Positions 9,019 through 18,055 of a stretch of 64,000 bases of DNA are shown here, in pieces. This DNA comes from a virus. The number at the start of each line of letters is the position of its first letter. Position 1 is the stretch's first letter. A model generated the notes under the pieces. The model was not told the DNA's origin and searched no databases. It saw only the letters and a list, made by a program, of their open reading frames with translations. Both the position numbers and the translations under genes were made by a program. The DNA is taken from IMG/VR virus record IMGVR_UViG_3300020433_000671, positions 11,491 to 75,490 of that record. The stretch is one strand, 5' to 3'.

Positions 9019-9187
9019 GATTGTCATTCCAATGTCTAATGTTACCTGCAACAATAAAACAGTTAGTGACTACTAACTGTATAAAAATAAAAGTTCTGAT
9101 AACGCAGATAATGTCATCATACTTTTTTGTTGTTTCATCTTGAAAAGATCCGAGTGCATACTTCCAGATCTTCCATGCCTCACTCAT
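8960..9187 (-). CDS. Small membrane protein (cyanophage conserved hypothetical)
   Basis: WKIWKYALGSF...IRTFIFIQLVVTNCFIVAGNIRHW, with one hydrophobic segment. Confidence 0.7.
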   Translation of the reverse strand: MSEAWKIWKYALGSFQDETTKKYDDIICVIRTFIFIQLVVTNCFIVAGNIRHWNDNHGTIPTSRDFIKGSTTEPT

Positions 9188-9261
9188 ACCCAGTACTTAT
9201 ATAATGTAAATATTACAAAGATTAGTACGATGGTAGCGATAGCACCCATTACATAAATCAA
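9184..9261 (-). CDS. 25-aa single-TM microprotein (not in ORF track)
   Basis: TTG start overlaps the mazG stop, with AAGGAGG RBS 7 nt upstream. MIYVMGAIATIVLIFVIFTLYKYWV; its stop overlaps the next ATG. Confidence 0.55.
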   Translation of the reverse strand: MIYVMGAIATIVLIFVIFTLYKYWV

Positions 9262-9680
9262 ATGTCTCCCTCCTTACGGTTTTCTGAATGATGAACGTCA
9301 AATTCTCCAAGAGGATATCTTGACTTCAACTTTTCTACATTCATTTCAATAATTTCATCGATTGTAGTGTCAAGTGACATACATGCTTGTGCAACATACC
9401 ACATGATATCTCCAAGTTCCCTCTTCATATGAAAGATGTTATCTTCATTTACAGGTTTACCTTGGAAAACAATCTTCTTTACTACCTCAGTAAACTCACC
9501 ACCCTCTGCACATATACCAAGAGCAGCAGTTAGAAGTCTATGAACAGGAAGTCCATCACCACTTTCTTCTGATTGAATCTCAAAACATCTAGAATTAAAC
9601 TCATCATAATTCTTAGATGCTTCAGACGTTACTGCATTAACGAATTCCATATAGGCATCCGTATTTACTCGCTTAGTCAT
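9258..9680 (-). CDS. mazG: MazG nucleoside triphosphate pyrophosphohydrolase
   Basis: AEGGEFTEVVKK...RELGDIMWY...NVEKLKSRYP; sits after g41 as in cyanomyoviruses. Confidence 0.92.
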   Translation of the reverse strand: MTKRVNTDAYMEFVNAVTSEASKNYDEFNSRCFEIQSEESGDGLPVHRLLTAALGICAEGGEFTEVVKKIVFQGKPVNEDNIFHMKRELGDIMWYVAQACMSLDTTIDEIIEMNVEKLKSRYPLGEFDVHHSENRKEGDI

Positions 9681-11043
9681 ACTTTAAATCTTGAAAAGTT
9701 TTCTTTGGTGTAAATTTATTTACCAAATCAATCTCAGGTTCACCAGAATCAACTAGATCTTTCTGAGCATCATCAATATCATACAACCTCATCTTTGATC
9801 TGTCAATACCTATACAAAATCTTTTATAAGAAGTAGGATCGTTGTATCTATTTTTCAATTGCTTTACCATGATTTGATTCATATCTTCCAACTCTTCTGT
9901 AGAAATAAGGGCAAACATAAGATCAGCAGTAGCAGGCAATCCAAAAGATTCAGAGGTGTCAGTGAGATCAACATCGCTACTACCGTAACCGCTACGAGTA
10001 GTTTGAGTGGCAGATATAATCGGAACGTTCGCCTCAACTGCGAGACCCCGTAATTCTTCTGCAATTGCTTTGACATAAGTGTAACTGTTAACAATGGATC
10101 CTTTGTACCTTTGAGAGGCACAAATGTTTAAATAATCTACAAATATAATATCAGGTTTAACAGATCTTTTGAGGGCAAGATCATTGATAAGAGATTTAAA
10201 GTGTCCAACATGTGCAGACGCAGTAGGATACTCTTTAATAATTAATTTACCTTGAGTTTTTTTAGCAAGACTTGCAATCTTTTTTTCAAACATTATCTTC
10301 GGAAAATCCGAAAGTTTTTGAATGGGGATGTTGAGTAAATTTGCATCAATGCGTTCAGCGATTTTTTCCTCCGCCATTTCCAACGTGATGTAAAGGACAT
10401 TTTTACCTTGAAGAAGGGCTGAGGAGGCACAGTGACACATAAACAAAGACTTGCCCACACCAGTACCAGCGAGTGCAATATTGAGAGTCTTGTTAGGAAG
10501 ACCACCCTTCGTAATTTTATTGAAGAGAGATAGATCGAAAGGGATCTTATCTTCTTTACGATGATAGAAATCATACCTTGCTTCTGCATCTGAGACATAA
10601 TCATGTCCTACGTGCTGATCAAATGATACTCCAAGTGCTTCGGATAAAATTTGTGGAATAGCACCCTTATCTTTCTTAGAATCTTGACCATCAGCAATCT
10701 TAACACTCTCCATGAGAGATAGGTAGATTGCACGTTCTTGACACCACTTCTCAGTAGCATCTATCAACCAATCATGATCTGAAATATCATTAGAAAGAGT
10801 ATTTAGAACACCAATAACATCTTTAAATTGTTCCTCGGTTAAATCAGTTCTCTCCTGACACTCAATTCCTAAAGCATTAAGAGAAGGTAACGCATCATAT
10901 TGACTAACATACTCATGTATCTCTAAGAAAATAATCTTATATTCACGAGCAGTAAAATACTCTGACTTGAGAAAAGGTAATACTTTTCTTGTATACTTTT
11001 CACTGTATACTAGATTGCTAAGAATAGTTACTTCTAGATTCAT
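9673..11043 (-). CDS. g41: Replicative DNA helicase gp41
   Basis: Walker A AGTGVGKS, YITLEM, IIFVDYL, ATQTTR and KQLKNRY. Confidence 0.95.
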   Translation of the reverse strand: MNLEVTILSNLVYSEKYTRKVLPFLKSEYFTAREYKIIFLEIHEYVSQYDALPSLNALGIECQERTDLTEEQFKDVIGVLNTLSNDISDHDWLIDATEKWCQERAIYLSLMESVKIADGQDSKKDKGAIPQILSEALGVSFDQHVGHDYVSDAEARYDFYHRKEDKIPFDLSLFNKITKGGLPNKTLNIALAGTGVGKSLFMCHCASSALLQGKNVLYITLEMAEEKIAERIDANLLNIPIQKLSDFPKIMFEKKIASLAKKTQGKLIIKEYPTASAHVGHFKSLINDLALKRSVKPDIIFVDYLNICASQRYKGSIVNSYTYVKAIAEELRGLAVEANVPIISATQTTRSGYGSSDVDLTDTSESFGLPATADLMFALISTEELEDMNQIMVKQLKNRYNDPTSYKRFCIGIDRSKMRLYDIDDAQKDLVDSGEPEIDLVNKFTPKKTFQDLKYD

Positions 11044-11663
11044 TACATGTAGTGAAGATAAGATCCAACAATATATTTTGTGCCTTTGGTAACTGGACGA
11101 CCAGCATGACGGTACATCCAGTTTGGAGGGAACATCAATATTCTAGCACACTTTGGATCAATTGCATGATTAATTTTTGGAAACTCTGTAGTTCCACCTT
11201 CCTCAACATCATTCAAGTATAAGAAACATACTAAAAATCTACGAGCAGAATTGTGGTCTCCAACGTCAACATGATCTGCAAATTCATCAGTAGAATTTTC
11301 ACGATATTTTTTAATCCTATACTCTTCAAATGAATATTTGGCAGGAAAGTCTGGACCTAGATCAACTTCATCTACATACCTACCAACAGATTCAATAAAA
11401 TGATATTGAATTTGTTTTTGTATACCCATCCATGCAACATCTCTTGCTGCATACCGTTTAGATATATTCATCTCGGTAAACGTAGGTCTTTGTGATCTAT
11501 CGATGTATTCTTGATGCTCTTCTTGTGAATTAAATAATTCTATTATTTCTTCACAGAGTTCTTTATCGCAAATATCATCATAAGTTTTAATATAATCTGT
11601 AAGTCTTGTAAGAGAGGGTTTAACTAAATCTGATAATGAGACATTTAAAGGACTAACTTCCAT
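11043..11663 (-). CDS. 2OG-Fe(II) oxygenase (prolyl-4-hydroxylase-like)
   Basis: HVD...[15 protein letters not shown]...HAGRPV...KY (HxD...H facial triad). Confidence 0.9.
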   Translation of the reverse strand: MEVSPLNVSLSDLVKPSLTRLTDYIKTYDDICDKELCEEIIELFNSQEEHQEYIDRSQRPTFTEMNISKRYAARDVAWMGIQKQIQYHFIESVGRYVDEVDLGPDFPAKYSFEEYRIKKYRENSTDEFADHVDVGDHNSARRFLVCFLYLNDVEEGGTTEFPKINHAIDPKCARILMFPPNWMYRHAGRPVTKGTKYIVGSYLHYM

Positions 11664-12663
11664 AACAAAACTCCTCTGCAGCAATTTCATCAAGTGCTTG
11701 CATCACTTCAGTGGTAAAATATGTTTCTGGTTCCTTAAGTATTTGTTTTGCATATACTTTTTTACCATTCATCTCATATCTACCTGCTACATTTTTCCAG
11801 AGTCCACCCTTCTCACCTAATTCTAACAATCCATAGTACTTGTCAAGACCTTTGTCAAAAAACAGACGTGTTTCAATTTGAGAATTTTCTTTAGTTAGTC
11901 TGGATTTGTGCGTTTTGCATTTGATAATATTTCCAACAATCTCCGTACCATCCTTTTCCTTCTTTTTTGATAGATATACAATTGTTGATGAAGCATACTT
12001 AAGTCCACTTCCACCTCCCATTTCTTTCGTAGGCACATAAGAACCAATCACATCATATGTATGATTAGTGACGAGCATTGGAACATTTGCTTTACCTAAT
12101 TTTAACGTTAATACACGAAAAGCACCCTTAATAAGTTGACTTTTAGTCATGTCACGTACCTGTTTATCTGCCGCAACATCTTGAATTTCTTTCTCTGTAG
12201 AAAGCATACCCAAAGAATCTAAAACAAACATTAAAGGTTGACGCTTTTCTTCAGATTGTTCTTCATATTTGTCTAAGATTCTACATGCTTGTGTTCTAAA
12301 CTGTTCAATAGTAGAAACAGGAACAATCATCATGCGATCAGATGGAATACCACGATCCTCAATCATCTGCTTAGATATAGCAGACTCAGATTCAAAATAA
12401 ATTACTCCAGCATCGGGATTAGATTCAAGGAAATGCTGAACAATCCCAAGACAAAAGAAAGTCTTGCCAGTAGAAGACTCACCAGCGATAGCGGTAATTT
12501 TATTTGAGGGAACTCCACCATAAATTGAACCGCTAACCAAAGCATTGAAAATATGACTACCAGTGTCAATGAAACTAGCAGTGTCTCCTGCTGAGACACC
12601 ATCACTAACAAGTCCTGCATACTCATTGCCAATCTCCTTTGCTACATCTGTTAGAAAACTCAT
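11653..12663 (-). CDS. uvsX: RecA-like recombinase UvsX
   Basis: [23 protein letters not shown] and [11 protein letters not shown]. Confidence 0.95.
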   Translation of the reverse strand: MSFLTDVAKEIGNEYAGLVSDGVSAGDTASFIDTGSHIFNALVSGSIYGGVPSNKITAIAGESSTGKTFFCLGIVQHFLESNPDAGVIYFESESAISKQMIEDRGIPSDRMMIVPVSTIEQFRTQACRILDKYEEQSEEKRQPLMFVLDSLGMLSTEKEIQDVAADKQVRDMTKSQLIKGAFRVLTLKLGKANVPMLVTNHTYDVIGSYVPTKEMGGGSGLKYASSTIVYLSKKKEKDGTEIVGNIIKCKTHKSRLTKENSQIETRLFFDKGLDKYYGLLELGEKGGLWKNVAGRYEMNGKKVYAKQILKEPETYFTTEVMQALDEIAAEEFCYGS

Positions 12664-12812
12664 GGACTTTTTTTAAATAATTTTGTAATGTAATTAGAAC
12701 GTTTCATGGCACGTTCAAACCATTCTGCTTCTGATTTGTCGAAGAACTCTTTTTCATCTGGCACTGCACCAGCACCGAAAGCTTTTTGATATTCAACAAT
12801 GTATGTGGTCAT
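12660..12812 (-). CDS. 50-aa hypothetical protein (not in ORF track)
   Basis: [50 protein letters not shown], with ATGA overlaps to both g43 and uvsX. Confidence 0.7.
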   Translation of the reverse strand: MTTYIVEYQKAFGAGAVPDEKEFFDKSEAEWFERAMKRSNYITKLFKKSP

Positions 12813-15295
12813 CCGAATAAAAATTCAAGGTTAGCAACTTTTTCTGGCTTCCATCCGATTGTATCCATAATAACTTTAATTGGTTCAAGAAAACTCTTGT
12901 TAAATTGTAAGTCATAATCCACCTGTTTGTCAAGTCCAAACTCACGAGGAAAAGTGTTCAAGAAACTGATTACATTTTCTCCGATTTTGTTGGGTGTTTT
13001 TAGATATACAAATTTAATCTTTTCGCCATCCTGTATTAAGGGATACTTATGTTTTAATTTGTTCTTCTTATTATGAAAGTTATAGAGCAATGCTCCTCTA
13101 ACATGAATAGGTGTTCCTTTTGAATAAAGGGTAGCAGGATGTGCCCATTTATTTAGATTATTACATCCTCTCGGAAATGAGATATCTTCAATAGGTAATG
13201 ATGTAAACTCTTCCCTAAAATTAGCAATAAATTTCTGTGCTGCATCTTCATCTTTGTTCATAATTACAGACATACAATCTCTAATTGCTGTGCGACAAGC
13301 AGCAGGAGTAGAAGACTTAACTGCCTCAATACCCATCATCTTAAGTTTAGGTTTCTCATAACGAACACCTTCACTATCCCACACATTAAGAATGTAACGT
13401 TTCTTAGCAGTCCATATACCCTTATTGGCAATGTTCTCCCTTTTCATGAACATCTTTTGCTCATAAGCACCTACGTACTCGGCCAATTCTTCGTAAGAAC
13501 TCGTAATATACTTCTCAAGTTCCATCTCACAGACCTTATTAAGGAACGAGACAATGCTCTTATCAGTTTTCTCTCTGCCCTTGTATACAGTGTCGACCAA
13601 AGGACCGAGATTGAGGTAGATACTATCAGTATCACTAGCAATAACATAATCTTCCTCCTCTGTTTTAAGTATTTTATTCAAATAAGTATTCATTTTGTTT
13701 TCAATCCAACGAATACTTACTTGTCCACTAAGTGTGATCGCTTCAGCGTTCGCAAGATTGTAGTACCTGAAGTATTGGTTACCGATAGCACCGTAGGCAG
13801 AATTAAGTTGAATCTTTCTTGCCATTTGGATGTTGTTGAACTTTGAGATATCTCTCTTGAGTTGCTCTGTTGGTTTCTTTTCATTTTCCTGTTTGGCGAT
13901 AAGCATCTTCTTCTTATAGATTGTTCGCTCATCGTAAATTTTTTGCATGATTTTTGGTAGGAATCCATGAATATCCTTACGGTATTGAGCACCGTTAGCA
14001 CATGTTGCGAACTCAGGATCAATCTCTACATCTTGATTTAAGATCCTTTCAACGCTCGCACTGGGATGTCTAGTCTCCCTGAGGGTTTCTGGGGAGATAT
14101 TGTACTGCATAATAAGATGAGGATACAGACTATTGAGGTCAAAACTGACAACCCAATCATACTTTCCTGGAATCGGTTCTTTGACATAAGCACCTGCGTA
14201 TTTTTCATCTTTTTTAGATCCCTTACGGGGTGGAACAACAATGTTCTTCTCACGTAGGTAATTGTAAATAATGGTATCCCACATACGAACCTGTGAATAC
14301 ACATCCTCAAAGTTTACCTTAGCATCATAAGACATAGTGATTGCTAGTTCTAGCAACTTCATCTTGTCTTCAAGACGGTCAATCAACTCAACGTCTTGGA
14401 TGTTGTATTCCATGAACTTCTGCCAATCAGATGTATAGAAGTCCTTAAAGTTTTCATACTCACTGTGATCAACCTTACGTTGTCCTAATTCGACAAAAGC
14501 AATGTGATCAAGTCTGTAGGATTCTTGGTTACTATAAGTAAACTTACGGTAAAGGTCAAGGTAGTCAAGAATGTTGACCCCACTAATATCATAAGCATAG
14601 TTTTTACGTCCTTGGACATATACTTCCCTCTCATTTGCACGGTTCCATGGTGACAGACTCTTCATCCATTTCTCACCAAGGACTCTGTTTACACGTCTAG
14701 CAATGTATGGTACGTCATACAAATTAACATTCCATCCTGTAAGAATATCTGGAGTATTTTCAACCCACCAACCAAGAAAATGATTTAACATTTCTTTTTC
14801 ATTCCAAAAGATGTGAGTCTCTAGACCTTCTGGTGCTTCAAATTCACGAGTTGCCCAACAATAATACTTCTTAGTCACCATATCCTTAATGGTGATTGAT
14901 AACATTTCTTCTGCTGCCTCTTCTACATTAGGGAATCCATTTTCGCATTGAACCTCAATGTCCATTGCATAGATTTTCATCTGATTGATACTGTAATCAA
15001 TCTCATTAGGAAACTCTTGGGTAATAAACTGATATACAAATCGCTCATACCCATGTACTTTAAACCCATCAACATTCTCATACTGTGAGATAAACTCTCT
15101 TGCCTCTCGTGAAGATTCAAACTTAACTGGACGGACGTTATCTCCTTCAAGTGTTTTGTACTTCTCTTCTTTATTTGAAGTTACGAATAAAGTAGGACTA
15201 AAATGGGTACGAGATTGAACTCTTTGTCCATCTTCGTACCCACGATATAGAATTGTATTACCTGCAAGTTGAACGTTGGTGTAGAACCTACTCAT
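12809..15295 (-). CDS. g43: Family B DNA polymerase gp43
   Basis: Exonuclease DIE and YNIQD; polymerase SFDLNSLYP, KIQLNSAYG and SDTDS. Likely start MSRFYTNV. Confidence 0.97.
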   Translation of the reverse strand: MSRFYTNVQLAGNTILYRGYEDGQRVQSRTHFSPTLFVTSNKEEKYKTLEGDNVRPVKFESSREAREFISQYENVDGFKVHGYERFVYQFITQEFPNEIDYSINQMKIYAMDIEVQCENGFPNVEEAAEEMLSITIKDMVTKKYYCWATREFEAPEGLETHIFWNEKEMLNHFLGWWVENTPDILTGWNVNLYDVPYIARRVNRVLGEKWMKSLSPWNRANEREVYVQGRKNYAYDISGVNILDYLDLYRKFTYSNQESYRLDHIAFVELGQRKVDHSEYENFKDFYTSDWQKFMEYNIQDVELIDRLEDKMKLLELAITMSYDAKVNFEDVYSQVRMWDTIIYNYLREKNIVVPPRKGSKKDEKYAGAYVKEPIPGKYDWVVSFDLNSLYPHLIMQYNISPETLRETRHPSASVERILNQDVEIDPEFATCANGAQYRKDIHGFLPKIMQKIYDERTIYKKKMLIAKQENEKKPTEQLKRDISKFNNIQMARKIQLNSAYGAIGNQYFRYYNLANAEAITLSGQVSIRWIENKMNTYLNKILKTEEEDYVIASDTDSIYLNLGPLVDTVYKGREKTDKSIVSFLNKVCEMELEKYITSSYEELAEYVGAYEQKMFMKRENIANKGIWTAKKRYILNVWDSEGVRYEKPKLKMMGIEAVKSSTPAACRTAIRDCMSVIMNKDEDAAQKFIANFREEFTSLPIEDISFPRGCNNLNKWAHPATLYSKGTPIHVRGALLYNFHNKKNKLKHKYPLIQDGEKIKFVYLKTPNKIGENVISFLNTFPREFGLDKQVDYDLQFNKSFLEPIKVIMDTIGWKPEKVANLEFLFG

Positions 15296-15548
15296 TCGCT
15301 GCGTTATACTCCTTGGTAATTTGTTCTGATGCATCCACTATAGTCAAAACTGAGTCAGATGTCAAGAACAAATCACGTTGTGAAGCAAATGCAGGAAAAG
15401 GTGATAGAACTCCTTCAGGTGAAATACTAAAACATTTTTCAACTAATATCGATGGTTCTTCATCTAACTCAGTTACTTGACCGATTAAATATTCACTCCT
15501 GTTTGTCATCAACAGGACTTTCAGATTCGTTTCCATTGGTTGCTCCAA
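15288..15548 (-). CDS. Hypothetical small beta protein (Sm-like family member, inferred)
   Basis: LKVLLMTNRSEYLIGQV...LSPFPAF; similar to 15493-15858. Confidence 0.7.
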   Translation of the reverse strand: MEQPMETNLKVLLMTNRSEYLIGQVTELDEEPSILVEKCFSISPEGVLSPFPAFASQRDLFLTSDSVLTIVDASEQITKEYNAANE

Positions 15549-15858
15549 CTAGTTGATTGTATTTTGAGACTACATCATCATGTGTTTCATAAGCACTAAT
15601 GATTTCATCATAACGAACAATTATCTTTTGTTCTTTTGAAAGAGGTGCATAAGGTTCCATCGTAATTTCAGGATTACTGAGTTTATGGATGTTACCATCA
15701 TCATCCTCAACACTCATTGCATCAGAAACCCAAACAGTATATGGTTTGATTAACTGATAACCAAGGATTTTTTTATCTGGATCTCCTTCTTGACTAATTT
15801 CACGGATGTCACAAATAACATCTTCACCTCCTCTTGTTCTTACGACCCTTACGCTCAT
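15493..15858 (-). CDS. Hypothetical small beta protein (Sm-like family member, inferred)
   Basis: Likely start MSVRVVRTRGGEDVICDI after an AGGAGG RBS; contains MEPYAPL. Confidence 0.75.
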   Translation of the reverse strand: MSVRVVRTRGGEDVICDIREISQEGDPDKKILGYQLIKPYTVWVSDAMSVEDDDGNIHKLSNPEITMEPYAPLSKEQKIIVRYDEIISAYETHDDVVSKYNQLVGATNGNESESPVDDKQE

Positions 15859-16054
15859 AGTCCCTCCTTTCAATTTCGTGTACTGCTCCCTTGATAACAT
15901 CCTTAAGGATTCTATCTTCGGGTATATTTTTTTGTTCTGCGATGGGTCTAACAATTCGCAGAAGTTCTTCAGTATAACCTGAAGGCACCTCTAATGTCAA
16001 GAGGTCTGATTCCCCACTGTAACTATTTGGTTTGCAATTTAAATAGACATTCAT
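15824..16054 (-). CDS. Conserved cyanophage hypothetical protein
   Basis: GGAGG RBS followed by MNVYLNCKPNSY... Confidence 0.7.
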   Translation of the reverse strand: MNVYLNCKPNSYSGESDLLTLEVPSGYTEELLRIVRPIAEQKNIPEDRILKDVIKGAVHEIERRDYERKGRKNKRR

Positions 16055-16068
16055 CATATCCTCCAAAT

Positions 16069-16092
16069 AAAAAGAGACCCAACGGGTCTCTT
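16069..16092 (-). terminator. Rho-independent terminator
   Basis: AAGAGACCC-GTT-GGGTCTCTT followed by a T-run on the minus strand. Confidence 0.8.
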
Positions 16093-16111
16093 CTGTTGTA
16101 CATTATATATG

Positions 16112-16297
16112 CTAATAATCATCACTTGTCTGTGACTCCACCCATTCAGCATTGTTTTTACAGTATGCATCAGCATCTATTTGCATATGCCAGTGGGTGA
16201 CAGTATGAAGAGTCTGTATTAAGACCATCAGACCTAGTAAGACCACAGGTCCTGACCACAGTGGATGCACCATTATCTCACCTGGTGTTCGTTTCAT
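16112..16297 (-). CDS. Small membrane protein
   Basis: 61 aa with one TM segment; TTGACA-17-TAATAT promoter upstream (16355-16327). Confidence 0.65.
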   Translation of the reverse strand: MKRTPGEIMVHPLWSGPVVLLGLMVLIQTLHTVTHWHMQIDADAYCKNNAEWVESQTSDDY

Positions 16298-16351
16298 ACT
16301 CTAACATAAACTTTTTTATATAGAGCATATTAGACTTATTTTAATCCGATG

Positions 16352-16486
16352 TCAATTACAATACATTAAACATGATTGATTTGTCGGATGATCATCACAT
16401 TCTTTTTCCCAAAAAGATTTTTTGGGAACTCTTTTGATATCTGACTTAGCGTCTTTGATGACGCTGAAAGGAGTAGTGAGTTTCAT
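16352..16486 (-). CDS. 44-aa CP12 C-terminus-like microprotein (not in ORF track)
   Basis: GGAGG RBS and ATGA overlap with hsp20. MKLTTPFSVIKDAKSDIKRVPKKSFWEKECDDHPTNQSCLMYCN (C-x8-C-x2-Y). Confidence 0.7.
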   Translation of the reverse strand: MKLTTPFSVIKDAKSDIKRVPKKSFWEKECDDHPTNQSCLMYCN

Positions 16487-16923
16487 GATGCACCTCCTAG
16501 GTAATCTTTACGTGAGTGATGTTCTGGTATTACTTTTCCTAACTCCACGGTGAGGAGTCCATCTTCAAAAACGACCTGTCGAACTTCGCAATCTTCGCTG
16601 AGTTGCCAAGTGCGTTTGAACGAACGTTGTGCCAAGCCCCTGTGCTGATATGTTGCATCTGTTTCTTTATCTTCTTTGATGCCTTCAACATGTAATTTTC
16701 CAAACTCCGTGAAGACTTTAACCTCTCCCTTCTTGAAGCCTGCCAGTGCGACTTCCAATCTTGACTCATGATTATTCAACTGCACCAAGTTATATGGTGG
16801 GTAATTAGATTGGGAATCCGCCTCCCAAAATCTATTTAGATAATCATCCATTCCTATGCTGTTCTTAGTAATCTTGTCCAATAATTCTGGAAGATTCGCA
16901 GCATGATACCTTGTTAAGTTCAT
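16483..16923 (-). CDS. hsp20: Small heat shock protein (Hsp20/IbpA family)
   Basis: NYPPYNL, LEVALAGF, HRGLAQRSF and FEDGLLTVEL. Confidence 0.95.
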   Translation of the reverse strand: MNLTRYHAANLPELLDKITKNSIGMDDYLNRFWEADSQSNYPPYNLVQLNNHESRLEVALAGFKKGEVKVFTEFGKLHVEGIKEDKETDATYQHRGLAQRSFKRTWQLSEDCEVRQVVFEDGLLTVELGKVIPEHHSRKDYLGGAS

Positions 16924-16931
16924 AGTTTTGC

Positions 16932-16986
16932 CTCCTTTAAAAGCGAGTTTTAGTTGTGTGTCCCTTACGGCGACACTATTATTTAA
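16932..16986 (-). promoter_or_regulatory. hsp20 5' leader: TAAATA promoter, GNRA hairpin and ROSE-like SD-sequestering hairpin
   Basis: GUGUCG-CC-GUAA-GG-GACAC, then CUCGCU-UUUA-AAGGAG (UCGCU opposite AGGA with a bulged G). Confidence 0.65.
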
Positions 16987-17079
16987 TCATACATTATAGA
17001 AATCTTAAATGGTATACGCCGTACATTTATCATACGGATATAAACACCTATATAGTCTTAGGTAACAATGTCAAGTGGC

Positions 17080-17580
17080 ATGAAAAAATTTATTCCTTTT
17101 ATTATGCTTGCATCGGTTGGTGCTTTGATAAACCCAGTAAGGGCAGACATTACATCTAGATTTGCTTCAAGTGTACAACTAAGTGTTGGAGGTGCTCATA
17201 CAACAGCTGAGAGAATTGGATCTTCGTATTCAATTTCTGGTTCTAATATTGACACTACCGATGGAACAACTGCTGGTACAGTGTCTGCTGGCACTATAGC
17301 ATCAGGTGTTTATTCGCCTGGAACTATTGCAGCAACACAGGACACTGCTGGTGCAGCATTCAGCTTCACTCAGTCATACACTCAAGCTGACGCTATTCCA
17401 GGTAATGCTGTAACAGTTGGTGCATCACAAAACTTTGGTGATATATCAAGTGTTGCTGCTGGTACTACTGGTGATCTTGCTGGTCAAGTTACTAGTGCTC
17501 ACACTTTTGCTAGTGTCTCTGCTGGTGGTGCTAATACTACAGCTACAACTCAGTTCGTAACAGAGCTAACTATAAAATAG
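17080..17580 (+). CDS. Secreted Thr/Ser/Gly/Ala-rich beta protein (subunit A of the envelope locus)
   Basis: Sec signal MKKFIPFIMLASVGALINPVRA; contains GAAFSFTQSY. Confidence 0.8.
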   Translation: MKKFIPFIMLASVGALINPVRADITSRFASSVQLSVGGAHTTAERIGSSYSISGSNIDTTDGTTAGTVSAGTIASGVYSPGTIAATQDTAGAAFSFTQSYTQADAIPGNAVTVGASQNFGDISSVAAGTTGDLAGQVTSAHTFASVSAGGANTTATTQFVTELTIK

Positions 17581-17590
17581 GTGATTAAGG

Positions 17591-18055
17591 ATGAATAAAT
17601 TTATCCTATTATTCTTATTATTAATTCCGTCTAAAACTCTTGCAGTGCCTGTGGTCCCCAATTTCCAACAGGGAAGTATGACTAGCCATACAGAAACTGA
17701 AAGCACTATAACGGAAACCATAAATTCAGTAGATTATAGAACAGGATGGGAATACAGCGTGACTGGGGTAGGCGTTTCCAACAATGGAGAGCCACTCAAC
17801 CCCAATGTGAATACATCAACAGTGACTATAGATCCAAGCGTAGGATCAGGAGAGGGAGCAATCACAGGGAGCGTAACATCTTCCTTCGATGCTTTAGATC
17901 TCTCCAGTCAAAGCAAGTACACAATGACAACTCCAGGTGCAGCGTTTCAATTTACCCAGAGTTATCAAGGACCAGGTATGACAAATCAAACTCTCATACA
18001 GAGAACAACAGTAATAGAGTCCGTCACGGACACAACAAGCGTGTTTACCCAATAA
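17591..18055 (+). CDS. Secreted Thr-rich beta protein (subunit B, paralogue of A)
   Basis: Sec signal MNKFILLFLLLIPSKTLA; contains GAAFQFTQSY. Confidence 0.8.
   Translation: MNKFILLFLLLIPSKTLAVPVVPNFQQGSMTSHTETESTITETINSVDYRTGWEYSVTGVGVSNNGEPLNPNVNTSTVTIDPSVGSGEGAITGSVTSSFDALDLSSQSKYTMTTPGAAFQFTQSYQGPGMTNQTLIQRTTVIESVTDTTSVFTQ

Noticed and set aside
17746-18051. 102-codon N-terminal extension of the 442-aa tracked ORF
   Set aside because: It overlaps gene B out of frame, is Arg-rich and implausible, and would bury the signal peptide.
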